Part shown: in pieces, positions 8,458 through 17,542 of the stretch
Position numbering within the stretch: position 1 is the stretch's first letter
How the letters are laid out: each line of letters opens with the position of its first letter
Origin: Verrucomicrobiota bacterium
GTDB taxonomy: Bacteria; Verrucomicrobiota; Verrucomicrobiia; Limisphaerales; JBFMBT01
Direction: 5' to 3'
Length of the DNA stretch: 64,000 nucleotides
Assembly (NCBI GenBank): GCA_040754875.1
Contig: JBFMBT010000001.1
Span: forward strand, 3,937 to 67,936
Notes under the pieces: model-generated
The model's input: the letters and a program-made list of their open reading frames with translations, nothing else
Database searches by the model: none
Told to the model about the DNA's origin: nothing
Position numbers and translations under genes: made by a program

Positions 8458-9720
8458 ATGATCCGATTTCTCCTTTGCGCCGGCTTCGTGGCCGCGATGA
8501 ATCTTCACGCCGCCGATTACACGCTGCGGTCGTTCCAGAAAGTCCAGCTTACCGACACCTTCCTCTGCGAGGGCGCGCACTTCGGCGACTTCAACCACGA
8601 TGGCAAGGCGGATGTCGTCGCCGGCCCATACTGGTTCGCCGGGCCGGATTTCAAGACGCGCCACGAATACACGCCGCCCGCGCCCAAGCCTTACGACGCC
8701 GCCAAAGGTTATTCGGACTTCTTCCTGACCTACACATACGATTTCAACAATGACGGCTGGCTGGACATCCTCGTCTATAGCTGGCCGGGCAAGGAAACGG
8801 CCTGGTACGAGAATCCCAAGAACCGCGCGGGCCATTGGTTCCGCCACGTCATCTTCGATGTGACGGACAACGAGTCGCCGGCGCTCGGCGACATGACCGG
8901 CGACGGCAAACCCGAACTCATCTGCCACACGCGCGGCCAGTTGGGCTTCGTGGAACTCGATTGGATGGACCCGACCAAGCCCGGCACGTTCCGCGCCATC
9001 TCGCCGCGCGACGACAAGAAGTATTTCCGTTACACGCACGGCTACGGCTTTGGTGACCTCAACGGCGATGGCCGCGCGGACATTCTGGAAAGGGACGGTT
9101 GGTGGGAACAGCCCGCGAGCGGCGCGAAGGACCAGCCGTGGACTCATCACAAGGTGTTCTTCGCGCCCGAAGGCATGCGCGGCGGCGCCCACATGCTCGT
9201 GTATGATGTGAATGGCGATGGCCGCAACGATGTCATCACCAGTTGGGACGCGCACGGCTACGGCCTGGCGTGGTACGAACAGAAGCGCGAGGGCTCGAAC
9301 ATTTCCTTCCGCGAACACATCCTCGTGAACACCGAGCCGTCCCACAACCGTTACGGCGTCAAGTTCACCCAGATTCATTCGCTCTGCCTCGTGGACATGA
9401 ACCAGGACGGCCTGATGGATTTCGTCACCGGCAAACGTTTCTGGGCGCATGGCCCCGGCAAGGATGCCGAACCCGCCGCGCCCGCCGTCCTCTACTGGTT
9501 CCAACTCGTGCGCAACGCTGACAAGACGGTCGATTTCATTCCTCACCTCATCGACGATAACTCCGGCGTCGGCACACAAATCACCGCGGGCGACGTGAAT
9601 GGTGATGGCCTCCCCGACGTGATTTCCGGCAACAAAAAGGGCGTGCACGTCTTCCTCCAACAAGCGAAGAAAGTCAGTAAAGACGAATGGGCCAAGGGGC
9701 AGCCGAAGCCGGTGAAGTAA
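8458..9720 (+). CDS. secreted FG-GAP/VCBS repeat protein
   Basis: Signal peptide MIRFLLCAGFVAAMNLHA. Repeated Ca-binding-like loops: GDFNHDGKADVV, GDMTGDGKPELI, GDLNGDGRADIL, YDVNGDGRNDVI, VDMNQDGLMDFV, GDVNGDGLPDVI. Confidence 0.85.
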   Translation: MIRFLLCAGFVAAMNLHAADYTLRSFQKVQLTDTFLCEGAHFGDFNHDGKADVVAGPYWFAGPDFKTRHEYTPPAPKPYDAAKGYSDFFLTYTYDFNNDGWLDILVYSWPGKETAWYENPKNRAGHWFRHVIFDVTDNESPALGDMTGDGKPELICHTRGQLGFVELDWMDPTKPGTFRAISPRDDKKYFRYTHGYGFGDLNGDGRADILERDGWWEQPASGAKDQPWTHHKVFFAPEGMRGGAHMLVYDVNGDGRNDVITSWDAHGYGLAWYEQKREGSNISFREHILVNTEPSHNRYGVKFTQIHSLCLVDMNQDGLMDFVTGKRFWAHGPGKDAEPAAPAVLYWFQLVRNADKTVDFIPHLIDDNSGVGTQITAGDVNGDGLPDVISGNKKGVHVFLQQAKKVSKDEWAKGQPKPVK

Positions 9721-9745
9721 GAGTTCGCGGGGCCCAGTTTCGGAT

Positions 9746-10144
9746 CTATGGCGAGTAAGCTTCTTCGATTCTGCCTTTGACTGAAATCAGAAATCCTGAG
9801 CCGCGCTTTGCTTTCTCTGCGTGTGCCACGATGTCGTCGAGGATCAGGGCCAGTTTCGAATGTTGTTGAAGGGGTGGCAGATTCATCCACCCTTTTGCGA
9901 GGAAAAACACGGTCAATCTGCTTTGATGCCATGCTTCGCGTTCGTGCTTATTGCGGCCGATTCGATAGTCTCCGGAAATGATCACCCAATTGCCTTCCGC
10001 CGCCAGCGACGTGATCCAATCCACGTCCTTTGTTTCCTTCGCAAACTTGTCATGCAAGTGGGTGACACTATGCTGCGGTTGGACCATCTCATGCAAGGTC
10101 CGCGCGTGACGAATGGCGAGACAATTATCCAAAAAGAACTTCAT
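9746..10144 (-). CDS. PIN-like toxin (DUF5615/Mut7-C-like)
   Basis: MKFFLDNCL start and TKDVDWITSLAAEGNWVIISGDYRI fit small PIN-like toxins. There is a 4-nt overlap with the upstream DUF433-type gene. Confidence 0.55.
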   Translation of the reverse strand: MKFFLDNCLAIRHARTLHEMVQPQHSVTHLHDKFAKETKDVDWITSLAAEGNWVIISGDYRIGRNKHEREAWHQSRLTVFFLAKGWMNLPPLQQHSKLALILDDIVAHAEKAKRGSGFLISVKGRIEEAYSP

Positions 10145-10833
10145 GCAGCGAGTTTCTGCTCAAACTCAACTGCATCTTTGATTTCATCTTCGGATACCTC
10201 ATACCAGCGAGAGACTTCTGCAACGGAACCGCTGGCTTTGGCGGCCTGGGCGAGAGCTTCCGTGGGAATCCCGCGCCGGGCGACAATCGGTCGGCCAAAA
10301 TTTCGGCTTGGATCCAGCACTACCAAGCGGCGTTGCGTGGCAGGGCGCCACAATACGAGCGAATGATCCTTGTCGAACTCGAGTTCTTTGAAAAACGGCT
10401 TCACAATATCGACAAAAACCTCTTGGTTCCGAGCAATTTCGAGCAAGATTGGTTCGCCCGTCTGTTGTAATTCCACGAAGATTTCGTGTCCATCCGTGGC
10501 GAAGCGCTGGCTGCAAAATGGGTGCGTTTCCCCAAACAGTTCGCGCGCCCGCTCCCTCGCTTTGCGTAGTGTCACCCAAGACACGCCATTGGACAGGAAC
10601 GCGTCCACGAACTTGATTTCAATCAAGTCGAGAAAACCCAAGGCCTGAGCGTGATCAATAGGTTTGTGTTGGCCTTCCCAAAGCCGCGGAGAATGATGGC
10701 GCTTGCCTTTCGTACGGAAATTATACCCGCGAAGCCATCGACGGATGCGCCCAACGGACACACCCGTCAAACGGGAAGCTTCCTGAACGGTATAGATTCC
10801 GACCCCCAAAAGACTGGATGTAACGGCTTCCAT
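10141..10833 (-). CDS. DUF433-type antitoxin with N-terminal HTH
   Basis: N-terminal YTVQEASRLTGVSVGRIRRWLRGY (HTH). C-terminal DPSRNFGRPIVARRGIPTEALAQAAKASGSVAEVSRWYEVSEDEIKDAVEFE matches the DUF433 pattern (VapB45-like architecture). Confidence 0.6.
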   Translation of the reverse strand: MEAVTSSLLGVGIYTVQEASRLTGVSVGRIRRWLRGYNFRTKGKRHHSPRLWEGQHKPIDHAQALGFLDLIEIKFVDAFLSNGVSWVTLRKARERARELFGETHPFCSQRFATDGHEIFVELQQTGEPILLEIARNQEVFVDIVKPFFKELEFDKDHSLVLWRPATQRRLVVLDPSRNFGRPIVARRGIPTEALAQAAKASGSVAEVSRWYEVSEDEIKDAVEFEQKLAA

Positions 10834-10896
10834 GTTTTTCTAAATAAACCCCGGCAACAGCGGAATTTCAACTCGATTCGCGCCGTGCCGAGCCCA

Positions 10897-11658
10897 TTAC
10901 ACCGTTGCAAGGATGACCTCCACGCCTTTGGCGCGGAGGCCGGCGACGACTTCGGCGGGGGCTTTGTGGTCGGTGACGACGATGTCGATGTCGTCCAGCG
11001 AACAGAGGTGGGAGACGGATTGGCGGCCGAATTTGGTGGAGTCGATGCAGAAGATGACGCGTTGGGCGGCCTGGATCATGGCGCGCTGGATGTCAATGAG
11101 CAGGCCGTGGGAATTGGTGATGCCCTCGGGCGTGATGCCGCCGGCGCTCATGATGGCGACGTCGGCGTGCATCTGTTTGAAGGATTCGACGGCGAGAGGA
11201 CCGACGAGCACGCCGAGGCGCGGATAAATCACGCCGCCGGAGATGATGACCTCCACGCGCGTGGCGGAAGCGAAGTGGTTCGCGACCGGGAGTGAGTTGG
11301 TGATGATGTGCGGCGTGCGGGATTCGAGATACTTCGCCGCGTGATAGACGGTGGTGCCGGCGTCGAGGATGACACTTTCGTTGGGCTTGATGAGTTCGAC
11401 AACAGCGCGGCCGATGGCTTCCTTCTCGGCAAGTTGGTGCGTGTCGCGACTGGAAAACGTAAATTCGTCCGAGCGCGGATTGATCACGCGGGCGCCACCA
11501 TGGGTGCGCTGGACGGAGCCCTTGGTTTCGAGCAGGGAAAGGTCGCGGCGGACGGTGGAAGGGGAGGCATCAACCAGTTCGGAGAGTTCGTCGAGCGACG
11601 CGAACTCGACCTTTTGAAGGTAATCCTCAATGCGCGATTGACGCTCTTCTGGCTGCAT
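10897..11658 (-). CDS. DeoR family transcriptional regulator (BMC locus regulator)
   Basis: MQPEERQSRIEDYLQK...SPSTVRRDLSLLETKGSVQRTHGGA (DeoR HTH) plus a sugar-phosphate-binding C-terminal domain. Divergent from pduL. The longer 519-aa ORF extension was rejected. Confidence 0.85.
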   Translation of the reverse strand: MQPEERQSRIEDYLQKVEFASLDELSELVDASPSTVRRDLSLLETKGSVQRTHGGARVINPRSDEFTFSSRDTHQLAEKEAIGRAVVELIKPNESVILDAGTTVYHAAKYLESRTPHIITNSLPVANHFASATRVEVIISGGVIYPRLGVLVGPLAVESFKQMHADVAIMSAGGITPEGITNSHGLLIDIQRAMIQAAQRVIFCIDSTKFGRQSVSHLCSLDDIDIVVTDHKAPAEVVAGLRAKGVEVILATV

Positions 11659-11670
11659 GTGAGCAGGAGT

Positions 11671-11724
11671 TTGGAAGATATTGGAAGATTTTGCAACAAA
11701 TATGTTGACAATTCTTCCAATATC
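11671..11724. promoter_or_regulatory. candidate operator in the deoR-pduL divergent region
   Basis: Direct TTGGAAGAT at 11671 and 11681. A perfect 12-bp inverted repeat GATATTGGAAGA (11677-11688) / TCTTCCAATATC (11713-11724) is separated by 24 bp. Confidence 0.45.
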
Positions 11725-11754
11725 GACGAGAAACGCTCTCAATCGTTGCAAATT

Positions 11755-12435
11755 ATGGCAGCTACGCAATCTGCTCCCCATCGGGCGGTGGTCGAACATT
11801 GGGTTCGGCAGGCCGTCTATCAGCGCATGGGCAAACCCTTGCCGAAGTCGGCTGGGGCGCCCAATCCGTTGGTGGTCAACGTCAGTGCCCGGCATTGCCA
11901 CCTGACGCCGGAGGCGGTGGAAACGCTTTTTGGCAAGGGACATACGTTGACGCCGTTCAAGTGGCTGTATCAGGAAGGGCAATATGCGGCGAAGGAAACG
12001 GTGACCTTGATCGGGCCGCGCAGCCGGGTGATTTCGAACCTGCGCATCCTGGGGCCATGCCGGAATTTGAACCAGATTGAACTGGCCTATACCGATTCCA
12101 TTTCGCTGGGGTTTGATATTCCCCTGCGGCCATCGGGAAGCATTGAAGGAACGCCGGGTTGCATGTTGATGGGGCCGGCGGGATTCTTCGAGATGGACAA
12201 GGGCGTGATCCGCGCCTTGCGCCATGTGCACATGCATCCGGATGATGCGGCTTATTTCGGTGTCAAACACATGGAAGACATGAAGCTGCGCGTGGGCGGG
12301 CCGTGCGCGGTGATTTTCGACAAACTGCTGGTGCGCGTGGACAAGAGCTTCAAGCTCGAGGTGCACATCGATACGGACGAAGGCAACGCGTGCAATTTGC
12401 AGGCGGACACTCCGTGTGAACTGTTGCCGGAATGA
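11755..12435 (+). CDS. pduL: phosphate acyltransferase PduL
   Basis: Two PduL half-domains with VNVSARHCHLT and ALRHVHMHPDDA metal-binding His motifs. First gene of the BMC operon. Confidence 0.85.
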   Translation: MAATQSAPHRAVVEHWVRQAVYQRMGKPLPKSAGAPNPLVVNVSARHCHLTPEAVETLFGKGHTLTPFKWLYQEGQYAAKETVTLIGPRSRVISNLRILGPCRNLNQIELAYTDSISLGFDIPLRPSGSIEGTPGCMLMGPAGFFEMDKGVIRALRHVHMHPDDAAYFGVKHMEDMKLRVGGPCAVIFDKLLVRVDKSFKLEVHIDTDEGNACNLQADTPCELLPE

Positions 12436-12612
12436 TTTTTGACCACAGATGGACACGGATTAACACGGATAAGACGAAAAACTGAAACTCGAATGACGAA
12501 AGAAAAATCCAAAATTCGAAGCGTCCGACTTTCGAGGACGAGGACGACGACGAGGACGAGCACGATTTATATTTCTCTGAACTCTCAACCCTAAACCCAG
12601 AACAAAACAAAT

Positions 12613-12882
12613 ATGAGCGAAGCGTTAGGCATGATTGAAACCAAGGGCTACGTCGGCAGCGTGGAAGCCGCTGACGCCATGGTCAAAGCCGCGAATGTGA
12701 CCGTGGTGCGAACCGTCTCCATCGGGGGCGGATTGATCACGGTATTGGCCCGCGGAGACGTGGGCAGCGTCAAGGCCGCCGTGGACGCCGGGTCCAATGC
12801 CGCCGGCAAAGTGGGCGAACTGGTCAGTTCGCACGTGCTGGCCCGTCCGCATGAAGACCTGCTGAAGGCGTTCCTGAGCTAA
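12613..12882 (+). CDS. BMC-H shell protein (PduA/EutM type)
   Basis: [26 protein letters not shown] ... [13 protein letters not shown] ... HVLARPH: the canonical Pfam00936-type sequence. Confidence 0.95.
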   Translation: MSEALGMIETKGYVGSVEAADAMVKAANVTVVRTVSIGGGLITVLARGDVGSVKAAVDAGSNAAGKVGELVSSHVLARPHEDLLKAFLS

Positions 12883-12910
12883 ACACTGCAACCAACAACG
12901 ACACGATTTT

Positions 12911-13192
12911 ATGGCACAACAAGCAATAGGAATGATTGAAACGAAGGGTCTGTGCACGCTGCTCGAAGCGAGCGATGCCGCCCTGAAAGCCGCGAACGTC
13001 ACGCTCGTGGGCTGGGAAAAAATCGGCAGCGGCTATGTCACGGCATTTTTCCGGGGCGATGTGGCCGCGGTAAAGGCCGCGACGGATGCCGGCGCCGCCG
13101 CCGCCCAGGAAGTGGGCGAAGTGGTGAGCGTGCAGGTGATTCCGCGTCCGCACGAGAGTTTGAGCGGGCTGGGCAAGTGGCTGCAGCAATAG
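12911..13192 (+). CDS. BMC-H shell protein
   Basis: [26 protein letters not shown] ... [13 protein letters not shown] ... QVIPRPH. Confidence 0.95.
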   Translation: MAQQAIGMIETKGLCTLLEASDAALKAANVTLVGWEKIGSGYVTAFFRGDVAAVKAATDAGAAAAQEVGEVVSVQVIPRPHESLSGLGKWLQQ

Positions 13193-13194
13193 GA

Positions 13195-13348
13195 GAAATC
13201 CGAATGCCGAAGCCCCGAATGCCGAAAGAAGGCCGAAGCCCGAATGCCGCGCATGAGTTAATGCCCGCGGCATTCAGTGCGCGCTTCGGATTTCGGATTT
13301 CGGCCTTCGGAATTCCCTCGGATTTCGGCCTTCGGAATTCGGACTTCC
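13195..13348. repeat. ~150-nt imperfect hairpin filling the BMC-H / ackA intergenic region
   Basis: The left arm is built of CCGAATGCCGAAG words and the right arm of CTTCGGATTTCGG / CTTCGGAATTCGG words. The centre is GCCGCG-N14-CGCGGC (13246-13271). Confidence 0.7.
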
Positions 13349-13352
13349 TTCC

Positions 13353-14540
13353 ATGAAGGTCCTCATCGCCAATCTGGGTTCCACGTCGCTGAAGTGGCGG
13401 CTGTTCGATTTTTCGAACGGCGAGCAGATGCTGCATAAAGGCGGCTTCGAGCGCGTGACGGATTATCCGCAGGCGATCGAGGATTGCCTCACGCAGTTGA
13501 AGGACGCGGGCGCCATCAGCGGCGAGAAGGACCTGGCGGCGGTGGGCTTCAAGACGGTGCTGGCGAAGGGCGTGAGCGGTTGCGTGCCGCTCGATGAGCG
13601 CGTGCTCAAGGCGATGGAGGTGTACAACCCGCTGGCGCCGGCGCACAATCCGCCCTACATCAGCGGCATCCGGCTGTTCGCGCAGAAGATGCCGAAGACG
13701 CCGTTGATCGGGCTGTTCGAGACGGCGTTTTATCAGTATGCGCCGGAAGCGGGGATGCGTTATGCGGTGCCGGAGACGTGGCACGAACTGGGCGTGCGGC
13801 GGCTCGGGTTCCATGGCGCGAGCCACAAATTCATCGCGGAACGCTCGGCGGAATTGCTGGGGCGCAACGATGTGGCGGAGCGCGCGCGGATGCTCTACGT
13901 GAACGGCGGGACAAGTCCGGTGAAGGGGCCAGCGTTGCGCGTGATTTCGTGTCACCTGGGCGGGAGTTCGTCCGTGACGGGAATTCTCAACGGCGTGGCG
14001 ATTGGCAACAGCATGGGGCTGAGCCCGCAGTCGGGCTTGCCGCAAAACAATCGCGTGGGCGACCTGGATTCATTCGCGCTGCCGTATGTGATGCGCGCGA
14101 CGGGGATGTCGCTGGACGAAGCGGAGCGGCAGCTTTGCAAGGAGTCGGGGCTGAAGGGGCTTTCCGGCGGCTACAATGATATTCGCGACATTGCGTCGCA
14201 GGCGGAGCAAGGCAACGCGAAGGCGCAACTGGCGCTGGATGTGTTCGTGCATTCGGCGCGGCACTGGATTGGCGCGTATCATCTGCAATTGAACGGCATC
14301 GACGCGCTGGTGTTCACGGCGGGCATTGGCGAGAACCGCAGTTCCCTGCGCGCGGCGATTGGCGCGAACCTGGATCAGCTCGGCATCACGCTGGATGCGA
14401 AATTGAACGAGACGGTCAAGGCGCAGGAAGCGGTCATCAGCGCGGCGGGTTCGCGTGTGAAGGTGCTGGTGATTCCAACGAACGAAGAATTGGTGGTGGC
14501 GCGCGAAGTGAAACGATTTCTGGAAAAGACGAAAAATTAA
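13353..14540 (+). CDS. ackA: acetate/propionate kinase
   Basis: [19 protein letters not shown] ... GFHGASHKF ... FTAGIGEN: the ASKHA acetate kinase signatures. Confidence 0.95.
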   Translation: MKVLIANLGSTSLKWRLFDFSNGEQMLHKGGFERVTDYPQAIEDCLTQLKDAGAISGEKDLAAVGFKTVLAKGVSGCVPLDERVLKAMEVYNPLAPAHNPPYISGIRLFAQKMPKTPLIGLFETAFYQYAPEAGMRYAVPETWHELGVRRLGFHGASHKFIAERSAELLGRNDVAERARMLYVNGGTSPVKGPALRVISCHLGGSSSVTGILNGVAIGNSMGLSPQSGLPQNNRVGDLDSFALPYVMRATGMSLDEAERQLCKESGLKGLSGGYNDIRDIASQAEQGNAKAQLALDVFVHSARHWIGAYHLQLNGIDALVFTAGIGENRSSLRAAIGANLDQLGITLDAKLNETVKAQEAVISAAGSRVKVLVIPTNEELVVAREVKRFLEKTKN

Positions 14541-14572
14541 TTTCTCTCAACTCGAACAACCTCAACAAAACT

Positions 14573-14875
14573 ATGGCTCAACAAGCATTAGGATTCATTG
14601 AAACCCGCGGACTGGTGGCGCTCGTGGAAGCGACCGACGCCATGCTCAAGGCGGCAAACGTCGAACTCGTCGGCCCGATGACGCAGGTGGGCAACGCGCT
14701 GGTGACGGCAGTGGTCACGGGCGATGTGGCGGCAGTCAAGGCCGCGACGGACGCCGGCGCCGAAGCCGTGAAGGCGATTGGCGGCGAAGTGGTGAGCGTG
14801 CACGTGATTGCGCGCCCGCACGCGGAAACCGACAACGTGCTGCCGAAGAAGCCCAAGGCCGCCGCAACCAAGTAA
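14573..14875 (+). CDS. BMC-H shell protein with short Lys/Ala C-terminal tail
   Basis: [26 protein letters not shown] ... [13 protein letters not shown] ... HVIARPH, with tail [11 protein letters not shown]. Confidence 0.95.
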   Translation: MAQQALGFIETRGLVALVEATDAMLKAANVELVGPMTQVGNALVTAVVTGDVAAVKAATDAGAEAVKAIGGEVVSVHVIARPHAETDNVLPKKPKAAATK

Positions 14876-14881
14876 GGCGCC

Positions 14882-15193
14882 ATGTTTCTCGCGCGAGTCG
14901 AAGGCGCGGTGGTCGCGACCAAGAAAGAGGCCAGCATGAACGGCCGCAAGCTGTTGTTGCTGCGCCCCCAACTGGTCGATGACAAGGACCCGGGCAAGTT
15001 CCGCCCCGGCAGCAACACCATTGTCGCGGTGGACGCGGTGGGCGCGGGCATTGGCGAGATGGTGATGTTTTGCCAGGGGAGCAGCGCGCGTCTGGCGGCC
15101 GGCTTGAAGGAAGCGCCGGTGGACGCGGTAATCATCGGCATCGTCGATTCAGTCGATGTGCTGGGCAAACAGATTTATAACGCGAAAACGTAA
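14882..15193 (+). CDS. BMC-P pentameric vertex protein (EutN/CcmL type)
   Basis: MFLARVEGAVVATKK ... AVDAVGAGIGEMVMF ... DAVIIGIVDSV. Confidence 0.9.
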   Translation: MFLARVEGAVVATKKEASMNGRKLLLLRPQLVDDKDPGKFRPGSNTIVAVDAVGAGIGEMVMFCQGSSARLAAGLKEAPVDAVIIGIVDSVDVLGKQIYNAKT

Positions 15194-15200
15194 GCTCCGA

Positions 15201-16034
15201 ATGCCGAATAGCGGTGAAAACTTGAACCCGGAAGGCCGGATCGCACTTTTTCAAAAGCGCGAGATTCGGCGCACAATCCACAATGGTGAATGGTGGTTTG
15301 TGATAACGGATGTGATTGCGGCGCTGACAGATTCGGTTGATCCGTCCGACTATTTGAAAAAATTGCGCAAGCGCGATCCATCGCTAGGCGAAGCTTTCAA
15401 AGGGGGGGGACAAATTGTCCCCCCCCTTGGTCTCGACTTTGAGACTGGAGGCGGCAGGCAATTGCTGCAATGCTGGAATACAGAAGGCATCTTCCGCCTG
15501 ATTCAATCAATCCCAAGCCCGAAGGCCGAGCCGTTCAAACGGTGGTTGGCCCGTATCGGCTACGAGCGCATCCAGGAAATCGAAGATCCAGAACTGGCCT
15601 CGAAGCGAACCCGCGCACTTTACAAGGCGAAGGGCTATTCGAACGAGTGGATTGAGAAGCGGATGGAACAGCGGGAGTATTCCATTCTAACCGCGGAAAT
15701 TTCCAAGGCAGCATTTGGCTTGACGCCTTCCGAATATGCGGAATTGAAGCAACTAGACCGCGAGAATCTCCGGGACCACATGACTGACCTGGAATTGATT
15801 TTCTCGATGTTGGGTGAGGCAGCTACGACGGAAATCACCCGAAATCGCGACGCCCAAGGTTTTCCCGAGAGCAAACAGGCTGCCCGCGATGGAGGAACAG
15901 TAGCCGGCAAATGCTCGACGCGAATTGCAGCAACAGAGCGGGCGCAAAGTGGTGACCAGCGAGAACTATCTGGCTCTTTCGCAATCGTCCAAGAAGGTCA
16001 AGCGCTTGAAAAAGTAACGCTAATTTTAATATGA
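15201..16034 (+). pseudogene. Bro-N / DinD-like (phage antirepressor-type) gene, apparently decaying, inserted in the BMC operon
   Basis: IALFQKREIRRTIHNGEWWFVITDVIAALT (Bro-N) and RLIQSIPSPKAEPFKRWLARIGYERIQEIEDPE are family hallmarks. After GGTVAG, the family-like C-terminus NARRELQQQSGRKVVTSENYLALSQSSKKVKRLKK* is only read in the +1 frame (extra A in the AAA at 15909-15911; stop at 16015-16017). About 20 aa seem missing after WIEKRM. Confidence 0.65.
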
Positions 16035-17539
16035 GTGCAGTAAACGAAGCTTTGATTCGAGATGTGGTGGAGGAAGTGCTGGGCCGCCTGGGCGGCGCGG
16101 CTCCCGCCAAACCAGCGCCTGCTCCGGCCCCTGCGCCCGCAGCCGCCGAGCATGCGTGCAGTTGCGGGGGCAAAGGCCACGCCAGCGGGGGCAGCATCGG
16201 CCGCGGCAAGCATGGCGTGTTCCAGGACGCGAACGAAGCGTGCGCCGCGGCGCACGAAGCGTATTTGCAACTCCAGCAGAAGGGCGTGGGCGCGCGTCGC
16301 AAGGTGGAGGAAATCGTCAAGACGATGGCGGATGCGAAGGCCGAGGAATGGGGCAAACTGGAGTTGGACGAAACGAAGATTGGCCGGCTCGACCACAAGA
16401 TTGAAAAGCTGAAGATCATCAAGCTGGTTCCCGGCGTGGATTGGTTGCGCCCGGACGGGCGCAGCGGCGACCACGGCATCACGCTGGAGGAATACACGCC
16501 GTTTGGCGTGGTGGCAGCGATCACGCCTTCGACGCATTCAGTGCCGACGTTGAGCGGCAACATCGTGAACATCGTCGCGGCGGGCAACGCCGTGGTGTTC
16601 AATCCGCATCCTTCCGCCGCGAAATGCGCCGCGCTGGCCGTGCGCGAGTACAACAAGGCCATTGAACGCGAAATCGGCATCGAGAATCTTGTCACGATTG
16701 TCGAGCAGCCGACGATGGATTCGTTCAAGGCGATTTGTTCGCACGAAGCCGTGCGGTTGCTGCTGGTGACCGGCGGGCCGGCGGTGGTGAAGTCCGCGAT
16801 GCAGACAGGCAAGCGGGCGATTTGCGCCGGGCCGGGCAATCCGCCGGTGCTGGTGGACGACACGGCCTGCATGAAGCGCGCGGCCAAGGCGATCGTTCAG
16901 GGCGCGGCTTACGACAACAACCTGCTGTGCATCGGCGAGAAGGAAGTGTTCGTGCTGGACCACGTGGCCGACAAATTGATGGCCGAGATGGAGAAGAACG
17001 GCGCGGTGCGGTTGAATGCGTCGCAGTTCGAACGGCTGACGAAGGAAGCGTTCACGTTCAAGGAAGGTCACGGCGGCGGTTGCGCCGAGCCGGTCGTGAA
17101 CCGCTCGTTCATCGGCAAGGACGCATCGGTGCTGGCCAAGGCCGCAGGCGTCAATGTGGGGGGCGACACGCAATTGCTCTTCGCCGAGACGGACGCGAAG
17201 CACCCGTTTGTCATCGAGGAACAGATGATGCCGTTCCTGCCGATCGTGCGCGTGAAGAGCGTCGAGGAAGGCATCGCGGCGGCGAAGGCGGCCGAGCACA
17301 ATTACAAACACACGGCGATCATCCACTCGCATGATGTCGAGGCGATGACCGCGATGGGCCGGGCCTTGGACACGACGTTGTTCATCAAGAACGGCCCGTG
17401 CATGGCGGGGCTGGGCCTCGGCGGCGAAGGCTATCTGAGTTATTCGATCGCAACGCCGACCGGCGAAGGCGTGACGAACCCGAAGACCTTCACGCGCGTG
17501 CGCCGCTGCGTGATGGTGGATAACCTCCGCATCTATTGA
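16031..17539 (+). CDS. CoA-acylating aldehyde dehydrogenase (PduP/EutE type) with N-terminal encapsulation peptide
   Basis: ICAGPGNPPVLVD and NNLLCIGEKEVFV (catalytic Cys). N-terminal amphipathic helix MSAVNEALIRDVVEEVLGRLGG followed by an Ala/Pro linker. Confidence 0.9.
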   Translation: MSAVNEALIRDVVEEVLGRLGGAAPAKPAPAPAPAPAAAEHACSCGGKGHASGGSIGRGKHGVFQDANEACAAAHEAYLQLQQKGVGARRKVEEIVKTMADAKAEEWGKLELDETKIGRLDHKIEKLKIIKLVPGVDWLRPDGRSGDHGITLEEYTPFGVVAAITPSTHSVPTLSGNIVNIVAAGNAVVFNPHPSAAKCAALAVREYNKAIEREIGIENLVTIVEQPTMDSFKAICSHEAVRLLLVTGGPAVVKSAMQTGKRAICAGPGNPPVLVDDTACMKRAAKAIVQGAAYDNNLLCIGEKEVFVLDHVADKLMAEMEKNGAVRLNASQFERLTKEAFTFKEGHGGGCAEPVVNRSFIGKDASVLAKAAGVNVGGDTQLLFAETDAKHPFVIEEQMMPFLPIVRVKSVEEGIAAAKAAEHNYKHTAIIHSHDVEAMTAMGRALDTTLFIKNGPCMAGLGLGGEGYLSYSIATPTGEGVTNPKTFTRVRRCVMVDNLRIY

Positions 17540-17542
17540 GCA

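Noticed and set aside
11705-11710. TTGACA in the deoR-pduL spacer as the pduL -35 box
   Set aside because: No acceptable -10 hexamer lies 16-18 nt downstream (GAGAAA/CGAGAA), so I report only the inverted repeat as a regulatory candidate.
10897-12456. 519-aa DeoR-containing ORF, and the 375-aa version of PduL starting at 11308
   Set aside because: The N-terminal extensions run antisense through the neighbouring gene and the divergent promoter region. The conserved domains begin at the internal starts, 11658 (minus) and 11755 (plus).
12252-12610. Small ORFs (103 and 86 aa, minus strand) in the pduL / BMC-H spacer
   Set aside because: They are translations of low-complexity word repeats (SSSSSSSS, LIRVNPCPSVV). 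They have no start context and lie antisense to the operon.
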